IMG/VR virus record: IMGVR_UViG_3300022752_000033
Coordinates: 17,711-81,710 of that record
Direction: 5' to 3' (one strand)
Origin: a virus
Taxonomy: Duplodnaviria; Heunggongvirae; Uroviricota; Caudoviricetes
Length of the DNA: 64,000 nt
The position numbers and the translations under genes are program-made. This document shows, piece by piece, positions 9,472 to 17,559 of the stretch; the stretch's first letter is position 1; each line of letters opens with the position of its first letter. Below the pieces are notes generated by a model that was not told the origin of the DNA, searched no databases, and was given only the letters and a program-made list of their open reading frames with translations.

Positions 9472-9516
9472 AGTTTCCTATGGAGAATATAATATACATT
9501 TATATATAAATGAAGT

Positions 9517-10914
9517 TTACTGAGTTTTTTTATTGTAATTCATAAGATTTTTCATCTTATTAAACTCTTCACTAATTAATTTATCATTTTTGTCCTGAGT
9601 AGACTCTAATTGATTTAGAATTTTTGTCGCCTTTTTTCCGGCATCCTTACCAAAATTTTTGGTGAATTTTCCCGCAGAACCTTGTTTAGCATCATCAACG
9701 ACAGGTTGAGGTGCTTTATTATACGCCATTTGTTTTACCGCACCTAATAAATTATCTTTTCTAATTTGATTACGTTTTTTATTAACATCGGTTTCCACAG
9801 AATTAGCCCATTTAGGATTATTACCGGTACGAGAAGAACCTTCAATGTTATCTTTCATCCATTCTTCGTCAGGATGAATTTCGTCATAAACTAAATTTTC
9901 CATTCCGGCAGCCGTAAAGTTTTCAATATACTCTTCAACAGGTTTACTTGCATGATATGTCATCTTATCCATTTTAGCTAATTCACCATTACCTTTTGGA
10001 AAATGTGTTGGATTCATCTCATAAGAACTTTTTGAACCGTCTTTAAGATATTCTTTCATTTTTTTTGTGACTGATGAAATATAGTCATTTTCTTCTTTTT
10101 TACTTGAATCTAAACTTTTTTGTAATTTAGACATTCCCGAAACATATTTCTTTGAAATATTATCTTTTAGTTTGTCCGTAGTTTTTTTAACTTTAACTTC
10201 TAACTCTTGTTTTTCCTTCTCTTCAATTACAATTGATTCTAATAAGTTAATCATTTCCTCCTCTGTCAATTTTAAAGTATTATCACTCTCCTTTAAACTT
10301 TTTAGGTTAAGAGCCAAATTAACTTGCTTAAGTAATTTTAAATCAGCCGCGGATAATTTTTTATCACCTTTAGATTTACCCTCTAATTCTTTTTTCAAAG
10401 ATTTTAACTTGGCAGTAGGAATTTTATCTTCTTCCGGAATCCCTAATTTTTTACGTAACGCACCTTTATTCATTTTCGCCTTTTGAATCCAATTTTCTTT
10501 TGCTTCTCTAACCGGATAAGTTTCTCCATCAACCTCAAAACTATCTTTATGTTGTTTTCTAGCCTTATTTAACGCCCCTGAGAATGCATTACCTTCTTCA
10601 ACTTCTTCTTCTTCATTCCACTCTTCTCTCATTGAGGTATATCCACATTCATTACACATTCCTTCATACATCCCTCCTCCACACTCAGAGCACATCGTTT
10701 CCTTCCCCTCTTTAGTTTCTTTTTTCTTCATACCTCTTAACATCTTAAAATCATCAGAGGTTAATTTACCTTTAGGTTTGGCAACGTCCAATTTTTTTTG
10801 ACCTCCCTTCAACTCTTTTTCAAGTATGTTTACAATTTCATTTGATTTTTTTTCAATCTCTTCATTTAAGATGTTAAAAACCATGGCATCAATTTTTTTA
10901 GAAAAATTATTCAT
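9517..10914 (-). CDS. Lys-rich protein with a CxxC...CxxC zinc ribbon
   Basis: CSECGGGMYEGMCNECGY motif; highly charged and low complexity (candidate internal virion or DNA-associated protein). Confidence 0.5.
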   Translation of the reverse strand: MNNFSKKIDAMVFNILNEEIEKKSNEIVNILEKELKGGQKKLDVAKPKGKLTSDDFKMLRGMKKKETKEGKETMCSECGGGMYEGMCNECGYTSMREEWNEEEEVEEGNAFSGALNKARKQHKDSFEVDGETYPVREAKENWIQKAKMNKGALRKKLGIPEEDKIPTAKLKSLKKELEGKSKGDKKLSAADLKLLKQVNLALNLKSLKESDNTLKLTEEEMINLLESIVIEEKEKQELEVKVKKTTDKLKDNISKKYVSGMSKLQKSLDSSKKEENDYISSVTKKMKEYLKDGSKSSYEMNPTHFPKGNGELAKMDKMTYHASKPVEEYIENFTAAGMENLVYDEIHPDEEWMKDNIEGSSRTGNNPKWANSVETDVNKKRNQIRKDNLLGAVKQMAYNKAPQPVVDDAKQGSAGKFTKNFGKDAGKKATKILNQLESTQDKNDKLISEEFNKMKNLMNYNKKTQ

Positions 10915-10923
10915 ATTTTTTTT

Positions 10924-10943
10924 TATTATAAATATCTTTATTT
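10924..10943 (-). promoter_or_regulatory. conserved upstream motif AAAGATATTTATAATAA(A)n directly 5' of an ATG (candidate phage promoter)
   Basis: Near-identical 20-25-nt motif also at 29907-29926 and 30311-30330, with variants at 41942-41954 and 5184-5199. Each copy sits less than 25 nt upstream of a start codon. Confidence 0.3.
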
Positions 10944-11573
10944 ATTTAAATTACTAAGTTCATATTGTATAATCGATTTAATTACGTTCTCACTTATATT
11001 ATATTTTTGAGAAACATTTTTAATCGCTTCTTTTAAACTTTCATTTTCATATATCTTTAATGCCTTAATATCCCCTTGATTACAATATGGGAAATTTTTA
11101 CATTTCTTTTTTACCTTAACAAAGGCACCTCCTTTATATAAAGGTTTCGCAGCACCTCTCCATTCTTTCTTATTTGGAGCAACAAAAGCCGGTGTTGAAT
11201 AAGCACCTACTGAACCTGACCCGGTTGCTTCTTTAGTTTCTACTTTTTTTGGGGTTTCTGCAAAACTTTTTCTTACAAACTCACTATCTTTAAATGCGAA
11301 AGGCGCTTGAAATTGACCTGTACCACCTGTACTTGTCGCTTCTTTTGTCTCAGATTTCTTTTTCTTACCCTGACAATGAGCTTTTTGACTGAATCCTTTA
11401 GGATTACTACAATCAATACTTTTTTTGTATTTCTCACTCCATTTCTCCTCAACTTCTCCTTCAACCATATCTTTATATTTCAATGCATCCATAGTAATAT
11501 CTGTATTAATCTTTGGTAATGAAGAAAATGCTTTGTCTAATCCTTTACTGAAAACTGGTCCTGGTGTATTCAT
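10938..11573 (-). CDS. hypothetical Lys-rich protein
   Basis: ORF only. Confidence 0.5.
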   Translation of the reverse strand: MNTPGPVFSKGLDKAFSSLPKINTDITMDALKYKDMVEGEVEEKWSEKYKKSIDCSNPKGFSQKAHCQGKKKKSETKEATSTGGTGQFQAPFAFKDSEFVRKSFAETPKKVETKEATGSGSVGAYSTPAFVAPNKKEWRGAAKPLYKGGAFVKVKKKCKNFPYCNQGDIKALKIYENESLKEAIKNVSQKYNISENVIKSIIQYELSNLNK

Positions 11574-11575
11574 AA

Positions 11576-11821
11576 TTAAGCGTTTTTAAGTCTTGGTTCC
11601 CAATAACTTCTATTCATCCACATAAACTGATAGAATTCACGGAACATTTTAAGGGTTATTTCTTTAGCTTCGGACTCGAGTTTACCTCTTTTCATGTCCT
11701 GAACTACCCTATCTAAAATTTTATCTTCAAATTGTTTTATAGTATTTGTTTCAAAGAAATTTTTAATTTCTTTTCTCATCATTACTTCAATTTCTTTTTT
11801 TTCTGTATTTGTAAACGGCAT
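11576..11821 (-). CDS. hypothetical protein
   Basis: ORF only. Confidence 0.4.
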   Translation of the reverse strand: MPFTNTEKKEIEVMMRKEIKNFFETNTIKQFEDKILDRVVQDMKRGKLESEAKEITLKMFREFYQFMWMNRSYWEPRLKNA

Positions 11822-11822
11822 T

Positions 11823-12236
11823 TTATTTTATTATTAAAAAGAATGTTAATACCCCAATTGCGGTTATACCTAGTATTGATTTAAATTTGTTTTTAACCAT
11901 CTCAAACTTTAACTTATTTTCTACTTTTTTAGTATGAGACTCTAATATACTATACTTCTCCTTTTCCATCTCCAACATATTTTCACAATTATTAGATTTC
12001 TTTTCTAATCTACTAATTGTTGAATCCTTCAATACTATTTTTTTTTCGGTTGAGTCCAATAATTGTTCCGTTAATTTTAATTGTTCTTTTGCCCCATCTC
12101 CATTAATGATATCTTTTATCATTTGTTTTAAGATTGGAATTGGAATACACTTAACGGATGTAATAGTTGTATCTTTTTGCGAGAAAGCTGTCAAGCTGAG
12201 CATCAGTATAGTTGTCAACATTATTAACTTTTTCAT
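11823..12236 (-). CDS. signal-peptide coiled-coil protein with a C-terminal transmembrane helix (spanin-like?)
   Basis: N-terminal MKKLIMLTTILMLSLTAFSQ signal-like segment, central coiled-coil heptads, C-terminal hydrophobic helix. Confidence 0.35.
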   Translation of the reverse strand: MKKLIMLTTILMLSLTAFSQKDTTITSVKCIPIPILKQMIKDIINGDGAKEQLKLTEQLLDSTEKKIVLKDSTISRLEKKSNNCENMLEMEKEKYSILESHTKKVENKLKFEMVKNKFKSILGITAIGVLTFFLIIK

Positions 12237-12558
12237 AGTATATTTCTTTAATTATTATTTTTTCCCCCTTAATTCTATTTATATTAGAATCTAAAATTTT
12301 AATTTGAGTGTTAAAATTAGCAATCTCAACACTTAATTTTTTTTGTTCCTTTTCTTTCTGTATTATTAGGTAATTTAAATCATTTATTCTTTTTTGTTGG
12401 CTTTCCAACATTTTAACATCAGGTGTTAAAATAAAAACCATCCAATATAAAATAAAAATACCTCCAATAATTTTCAAAATTGTTAAATAATTTCTTTTAA
12501 CAAAATTTAATCCTCCGGATTCATTGTTTTTTTCCTTGAAGCCACCAATTTCGACCAT
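12151..12558 (-). CDS. N-terminal transmembrane helix plus coiled coil protein (i-spanin-like architecture)
   Basis: Transmembrane segment IIGGIFILYWMVFIL followed by a long coiled coil. Confidence 0.35.
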   Translation of the reverse strand: MVEIGGFKEKNNESGGLNFVKRNYLTILKIIGGIFILYWMVFILTPDVKMLESQQKRINDLNYLIIQKEKEQKKLSVEIANFNTQIKILDSNINRIKGEKIIIKEIYYEKVNNVDNYTDAQLDSFLAKRYNYYIR

Positions 12559-13070
12559 TTTGATTTAAATTTTTCGTAATACCTCTGTAATTTATTTATC
12601 ATATCCAAAAACTCTGGGTCAACCTTAACGGCATCTCCATTAATATAAATACCATTATTTTCACCAATGGTAAAAATAAAATCCATGTCTTGGTCTATTA
12701 TTTTACCCGACCACTCAACGTTATTTTGATATAAATTTAATTGATTAAAATCAACTAAGTCCGAAACTTCTTCAATAAATTCGTCCATAGTTTCTTGGAA
12801 CGCCATCTTATCATCGGTAGTGATTTGTAACTCATCCCTATTTTTTCCGTGAATCGCCAATATACCACCAGATATTCTATATTTTTGTATCTTATCTTCA
12901 GGAGTCTTTTCTTTCTCCCCTGAATTAGCCGTTTCATACTCATCATTTTCAACATTATCCTCAATATCTTTACCGATATTAATTTGCTTTATTGTATCCT
13001 CATTTAAATTTCTTGCAATGTTTACAAGATTTTTAATTTCATCATACCTAGTGTTGTTAAATTTACTCAT
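12507..13070 (-). CDS. hypothetical acidic protein
   Basis: ORF only. Confidence 0.45.
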   Translation of the reverse strand: MSKFNNTRYDEIKNLVNIARNLNEDTIKQINIGKDIEDNVENDEYETANSGEKEKTPEDKIQKYRISGGILAIHGKNRDELQITTDDKMAFQETMDEFIEEVSDLVDFNQLNLYQNNVEWSGKIIDQDMDFIFTIGENNGIYINGDAVKVDPEFLDMINKLQRYYEKFKSKWSKLVASRKKTMNPED

Positions 13071-13659
13071 ATTCTATTTCTTTTTTAAATAATTCAAAAT
13101 CAAATGACGGATTCAAGTCTGTAAATCGTGAATCATAATTACTCCTTGATACAATCCCATCAAAATTTTTTATTCCTTCAAATTTTGTATTATGTCCCAC
13201 ACTTTTCCTTGGTATAGAAAATTCCAAACATAATTTCTCACACAATAAAACTAAACTACCCATTTGTTCTTCTGTATAAGGCTGCCAAAAAAAGAAGTCT
13301 CTCCATTTTTTTTCATATGGACTCTCATTATAAATATTACCATTCCAATTAATGTGATAATTTGTTAATTGTTTCTTTTCTACCCAACCTAAATTTTCCA
13401 AACAAACTATAATAGACGTTTTATTTATCCACTCATCAAAAAAAATATTTGTATACCCTAACTCAGGTATCAATTGCAAAACACTTCCGTCCCTTGAAAT
13501 AACAAAGTGGGGTATCTTATCGTATTTTTTATTATACCTAAATTTAAGGGATGTTAAGTATTCCTCAACATCCCTCGAAGTATGACATAATATTATTTGT
13601 CTTTTATTTTTGTGTTCCCCAATTGGGTTAAAATCCCCGTATTTTTCTATTTTAACCAT
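13063..13659 (-). CDS. N-acetylmuramoyl-L-alanine amidase (amidase_2 / PGRP-type endolysin)
   Basis: ILCHTS ... HFVISRDGSVLQL ... IIVCLENLGW pattern typical of zinc amidase_2 (T7-lysozyme-like) enzymes; sits in a membrane-protein cluster. Confidence 0.6.
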   Translation of the reverse strand: MVKIEKYGDFNPIGEHKNKRQIILCHTSRDVEEYLTSLKFRYNKKYDKIPHFVISRDGSVLQLIPELGYTNIFFDEWINKTSIIVCLENLGWVEKKQLTNYHINWNGNIYNESPYEKKWRDFFFWQPYTEEQMGSLVLLCEKLCLEFSIPRKSVGHNTKFEGIKNFDGIVSRSNYDSRFTDLNPSFDFELFKKEIEYE

Positions 13660-14407
13660 CCCTTCTAGTATATACTAATCTATTTATTTTTGGTTTCTCC
13701 GCAGCATTACCAAAAGTTATAACCGGTTCAAAATTTTCTTCTTCCAACCCATCCATAAGTGTAACGTCCCAATCCGATATTTCCTCATCTGATGGTATTG
13801 AACTAATAATATCATCATTAGTTGTTAACATCATTTCAGATGTATTTTGAGGAGTATTTGATGGTGTTAATAAAACTTCCTCTATTTTTCCGGATTCAAC
13901 ACTCAACGCATCGACATCTATTACGGGAGTTACTTGAATTTTCTTTTCCTCTTCCTCAAACTTAACTAACATATGAAGAAAAGATAAAGAAATTAATGGT
14001 AACATTCCTCCGGCAAACAACGCCAAAAATCTTTTATGACCTATCATATTACCTGATTCAACACCCATAAATGAAACAATGGGGTCTACCATATCCACCC
14101 AATCTTTAAAAGATTCATTAGTAACGTCTATGTATTGATATGCGAAAAATATATTACCGATGAATTGAATTAACGTAACAATAATAAAGGGTAAATAAAC
14201 TTTCTTACCCATTTTAGCAGATATCGCGGCCAATGCGGATAACGCAGCAATTTCAACACCTAGAGATAAATACACCGCCCAACTAATAGGATTAGATAAT
14301 CCATACCATTTGGTTACATGTGATATTGATACAATTGCAACTGTAATTATAGGTACCAGAAAAGATGCATATATTATTGTTTTAAAATTTTTTTGTATCC
14401 AATTCAT
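13652..14407 (-). CDS. multi-pass membrane protein (holin-like candidate)
   Basis: At least 4 hydrophobic helices in the N-terminal 150 aa, acidic C-terminus; overlaps the amidase start (coupled). Confidence 0.4.
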   Translation of the reverse strand: MNWIQKNFKTIIYASFLVPIITVAIVSISHVTKWYGLSNPISWAVYLSLGVEIAALSALAAISAKMGKKVYLPFIIVTLIQFIGNIFFAYQYIDVTNESFKDWVDMVDPIVSFMGVESGNMIGHKRFLALFAGGMLPLISLSFLHMLVKFEEEEKKIQVTPVIDVDALSVESGKIEEVLLTPSNTPQNTSEMMLTTNDDIISSIPSDEEISDWDVTLMDGLEEENFEPVITFGNAAEKPKINRLVYTRRDG

Positions 14408-14700
14408 TATTTCTCTCCTTTTAATTTTTTAATTTCTTCCTCGATTTGAGTTTGTCTCTGCACGTCTAATAATTTTCTATCCGTAGCCTGTATCATTCTC
14501 TTTTCAGCTTCAAGACCCATTATTTTTAATTCAATACCCAATTCTTTCTTTGTGTATGTGGAATCCTTAATTGTTTGAACTTCTTTTCTCATTTTACTTA
14601 ACTCCCTAGAGTCACCACAACTTTTAAAAAAAGACAAAAGAACAATCACCAATACAATTACAACAAAGTTATTTTCAATAAATTTTTTCATATTTAACAA
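14407..14700 (-). CDS. small lipoprotein-like protein
   Basis: N-terminal hydrophobic segment followed by FKSCGDS (lipobox-like Cys), coiled C-terminus. Confidence 0.35.
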   Translation of the reverse strand: MLNMKKFIENNFVVIVLVIVLLSFFKSCGDSRELSKMRKEVQTIKDSTYTKKELGIELKIMGLEAEKRMIQATDRKLLDVQRQTQIEEEIKKLKGEK

Positions 14701-14746
14701 TTTTAATAAAATTAAAAAATAAATGGACTATAATAAATAGTCCATT
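14701..14746 (-). terminator. rho-independent terminator downstream of the sigma-factor gene
   Basis: Perfect 10-bp hairpin AATGGACTAT-AATAA-ATAGTCCATT followed on the minus strand by TATTTTTTAATTTTATT. Confidence 0.55.
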
Positions 14747-14754
14747 CACATATT

Positions 14755-15555
14755 TTACATATAATCAAACAAGTCTTTACACTCGTTCCTTAATTTTCTT
14801 AACGTTTTCTCCTTTATTTGACGAACTCTCTCTTTAGTAAGGTCAAAGTCATTTCCAATATCTTCCAATGTCCTTGAACTACCAGTAAGTCCAAAATAAT
14901 CCTCAATAATAACTTTCTCTCTTTCATCCAAAATATTAAGAATAGATGCAAGTTTTTGTCTCAAAATATCTTTGGTTGAAAACACATCTTCCGGTCTATC
15001 TTCATTTGGGTTTACAATAACATCAAGTAGCGTATCCCCATCCTCATTCAATGGACTATCCAAGTTTACCGTATACGGAAGATTAACAAACTTATCCGGT
15101 AACTCATCTCCTGTAACATCCTGCTCTTTCTTCGCTTTATGAAACTCCTGAACCACATTTACGGGGAACCTAATAGTTCTAGAATTCTCATTAAGAGATT
15201 GTAAAATCGATTGTCTAACCCACCAAACCGCATAAGATATAAATCTTAAATTCTTAGACCAATCAAAACTCTCAATAGCCCTTAATAACCCATAATTACC
15301 CTCAGATATCAAATCACATAACTCCAACCCTTGATTTTGATACTGCTTACTAACCGTAATAACAAATCTAAGATTACCCTCCAATAACTCTTTCTTAATC
15401 GCCTCTTTCTCAATTAAACTCAAATCATTTGATAACATCCTTTTAGCCAACTCCTTTTCCCTTTCCGGAGTCATAACCTTAATTTTTCTAATGTCCTTCA
15501 AGTAGGAAGCAATCTCTTCTTGATTAATTGCAATTGTCGTGTTTTTTTCTTTCAT
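14755..15555 (-). CDS. RNA polymerase sigma-70 family factor (phage-encoded)
   Basis: Region 2 motifs (FVITVSKQY, DLISEGNYGLLRAIESFD, FISYAVWWVRQSI) and a region 4 helix-turn-helix (RTLEDIGNDFDLTKERVRQIKEKTLRKLR). Confidence 0.85.
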   Translation of the reverse strand: MKEKNTTIAINQEEIASYLKDIRKIKVMTPEREKELAKRMLSNDLSLIEKEAIKKELLEGNLRFVITVSKQYQNQGLELCDLISEGNYGLLRAIESFDWSKNLRFISYAVWWVRQSILQSLNENSRTIRFPVNVVQEFHKAKKEQDVTGDELPDKFVNLPYTVNLDSPLNEDGDTLLDVIVNPNEDRPEDVFSTKDILRQKLASILNILDEREKVIIEDYFGLTGSSRTLEDIGNDFDLTKERVRQIKEKTLRKLRNECKDLFDYM

Positions 15556-15558
15556 ATT

Positions 15559-16074
15559 TTAGTTTTTACTGTATTCATTAAGTATTTCTTTTTCAAATCC
15601 CGAAAGTGAAGATAAACCTTTTTCACTTATTTTATCAAGAATTTCATTTAAAGTTGGTGTTTTTATTTCATTTTCCATCTCATCCAATAAAAAACCAACA
15701 AAGTCTTCCGCCATCTCTGACATATCATCAACTGACTTACCCATTTTTGGCATATTAATTCTAATATCAACCTCTTCAGTATCATTATCTAAATCCAACA
15801 AATGTGCCTTAACATCTTCAGGCATATAAACCGATGTTTTATCAGTCATTTCCGTAAGAATGAAAGCGTTGGATAACCCATAAAAAACCCCAACAGCATA
15901 ATCATAAATTTCTTCAGCACTTATTTCGGAACCAAAATGGAAAACCATAGCACCTTTTGTGTGTTGAAATTTAAGATGAGGTGAATCTACAATAGGTGCT
16001 ATTCCCTTTCCTAATCTTGCGATAATTTCTTTACCATTAAACTCGCCAAAAACCGTTAACAGATATTTTTTCAT
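15559..16074 (-). CDS. hypothetical protein
   Basis: ORF only. Confidence 0.45.
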   Translation of the reverse strand: MKKYLLTVFGEFNGKEIIARLGKGIAPIVDSPHLKFQHTKGAMVFHFGSEISAEEIYDYAVGVFYGLSNAFILTEMTDKTSVYMPEDVKAHLLDLDNDTEEVDIRINMPKMGKSVDDMSEMAEDFVGFLLDEMENEIKTPTLNEILDKISEKGLSSLSGFEKEILNEYSKN

Positions 16075-16101
16075 ATTTTTTATTTATTTAGTCAAAGATA
16101 A

Positions 16102-16629
16102 TTAAACTCTTTTAGAATGCGACACAATTTGATAAAAATCTTTTTTCCCATCACAATATTCTTTTACCAAACCTAACATATTTTTAAACATATATGCACC
16201 TTCATTCCTTTTTTCACATTTAGTGAATAATTCAATAAGAACTGATAAAAACTCAATTCCAAACTCACCATAAGAATTCAACATATGATACTTACCCATC
16301 ATATAGTGATTGTAATCCGGTTTAAACTTTTTTCTTTCCTCATCAGAATTGAATGGTGTAATTGTTTCATATAACTCACACCACTCCTCAATAAAGTTTT
16401 TAACCATATCTTTATTCCTTTCCGCCTTCATCAATAAATCAACTATCCAATGAGTATGTGATGGAGCCCGTAATCTTTTTCCGGGTGCAAGATATTTTAC
16501 AACAAAGTCAAGTTCAGGGTGTTTTCCTCTATTTCCTTGATATATGGCAACAATATTACCATCATCCAAAGACCAATGTTTCAGTGGTTGGTAATTTATG
16601 TTGTTTTTGTTGTAGCTGAGTTTTTTCAT
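16102..16629 (-). CDS. hypothetical protein
   Basis: ORF only. Overlaps the upstream gene by 68 nt unless it starts at an internal Met. Confidence 0.4.
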   Translation of the reverse strand: MKKLSYNKNNINYQPLKHWSLDDGNIVAIYQGNRGKHPELDFVVKYLAPGKRLRAPSHTHWIVDLLMKAERNKDMVKNFIEEWCELYETITPFNSDEERKKFKPDYNHYMMGKYHMLNSYGEFGIEFLSVLIELFTKCEKRNEGAYMFKNMLGLVKEYCDGKKDFYQIVSHSKRV

Positions 16630-17098
16630 AATAAGTTCTTACTTTTTGTCCTGTTTGTTGTTTATACCATCTACCTTCTTTATCCAACCAAACATATGGG
16701 TCTTGGGGGTTTTCACTCCAACCATATTGCGAATAAAAGTCCGGTTCTTTCTTTAATAAATTTGCTCTGTGAGATGAATGGAAATCTTCAAACCCAAACC
16801 AGTCAGGTAAAATGATTTCTTCATCAATCACTTCTTTTTTCATAGTGTTAGTAAAACCTCTACTAACCCACTCATCAATACAACAGTTATGGTAAAACTT
16901 TAGTGCCGGAATAAATTTTTTCCACATAACAGAACAAGGATGGTTTATCCATCCTTTGTAAGGTGTTCCGTCTAACTTTGGTCTTCCGGTGATTGCGTTG
17001 ATAATTTGAAACGCCTCGACTCGTTGTTTTCCGAGTCTTTTGTTGTCTAATACTTTTAACGATTGTCTAATGTCTGAATATGGTAAGAATGTTTGCAT
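16562..17098 (-). CDS. putative pyrimidine-dimer DNA glycosylase (DenV/Pyr_excise-like)
   Basis: N-terminal pattern LPYSDIRQSLKVLDNKRLGKQRVEAFQI...GWINHP resembles the LHPxYLD..GL...REA......GY.nHP signature I recall for this family; unverified. Confidence 0.35.
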   Translation of the reverse strand: MQTFLPYSDIRQSLKVLDNKRLGKQRVEAFQIINAITGRPKLDGTPYKGWINHPCSVMWKKFIPALKFYHNCCIDEWVSRGFTNTMKKEVIDEEIILPDWFGFEDFHSSHRANLLKKEPDFYSQYGWSENPQDPYVWLDKEGRWYKQQTGQKVRTYYEKTQLQQKQHKLPTTETLVFG

Positions 17099-17115
17099 AC
17101 CACAAAGATAGTAAA

Positions 17116-17559
17116 TTATTCCAATTCACCAAATAAATAATCATAAGTTAGTGCATTATGATTAACTATATTTTTTTGAACTATTTTTAATATCTCTTCA
17201 GTTGGATTTGGCCCTGCAAGTCTTTTTCTACACTCAATAACATTATCCTCCATAAGTTCAACACCATAAGTTGTAGATAAAGCTTGTTCTAAAGAACATC
17301 CACTTCTTTCCATTTTTCTTATAATAACCTCAGATAAAAATTGCCCGTCTCCACAAGAATTATCTAAAAATATTTTTGTTTGGTCAGCAAATAATGTTGG
17401 GTCTTCTTCTTCAAGTTTATCAAGCATTTCTTGTACCAATGGTGTTGGTGTAAAAACTTCCGCAGTTTGCTTTATTCTAAGTTTATCACGGTCAACCCCT
17501 GACATATATTCTCTATTTCTTGAATGTTCTATATAGTTAATTAATTTTTGATTCAACAT
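17116..17559 (-). CDS. orphan N6-adenine methyltransferase N-terminal fragment (motifs X-I only)
   Basis: EVFTPTPLVQEMLDKL ... FLDNSCGDGQFL is a paralog of EVFTPSELVNQMLDKI ... FLDPCMGKGTFL in the upstream giant protein. No NPPF/Y catalytic motif. Overlaps the upstream stop by 23 nt. Confidence 0.5.
   Translation of the reverse strand: MLNQKLINYIEHSRNREYMSGVDRDKLRIKQTAEVFTPTPLVQEMLDKLEEEDPTLFADQTKIFLDNSCGDGQFLSEVIIRKMERSGCSLEQALSTTYGVELMEDNVIECRKRLAGPNPTEEILKIVQKNIVNHNALTYDYLFGELE

Noticed and set aside
10924-10943. T4-type late promoter TATAAATA
   Set aside because: The exact TATAAATA octamer lies on the plus strand, opposite to the genes. On the coding (minus) strand the sequence reads TATTTATAATAA. 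Reported instead as a candidate promoter motif of unknown class.
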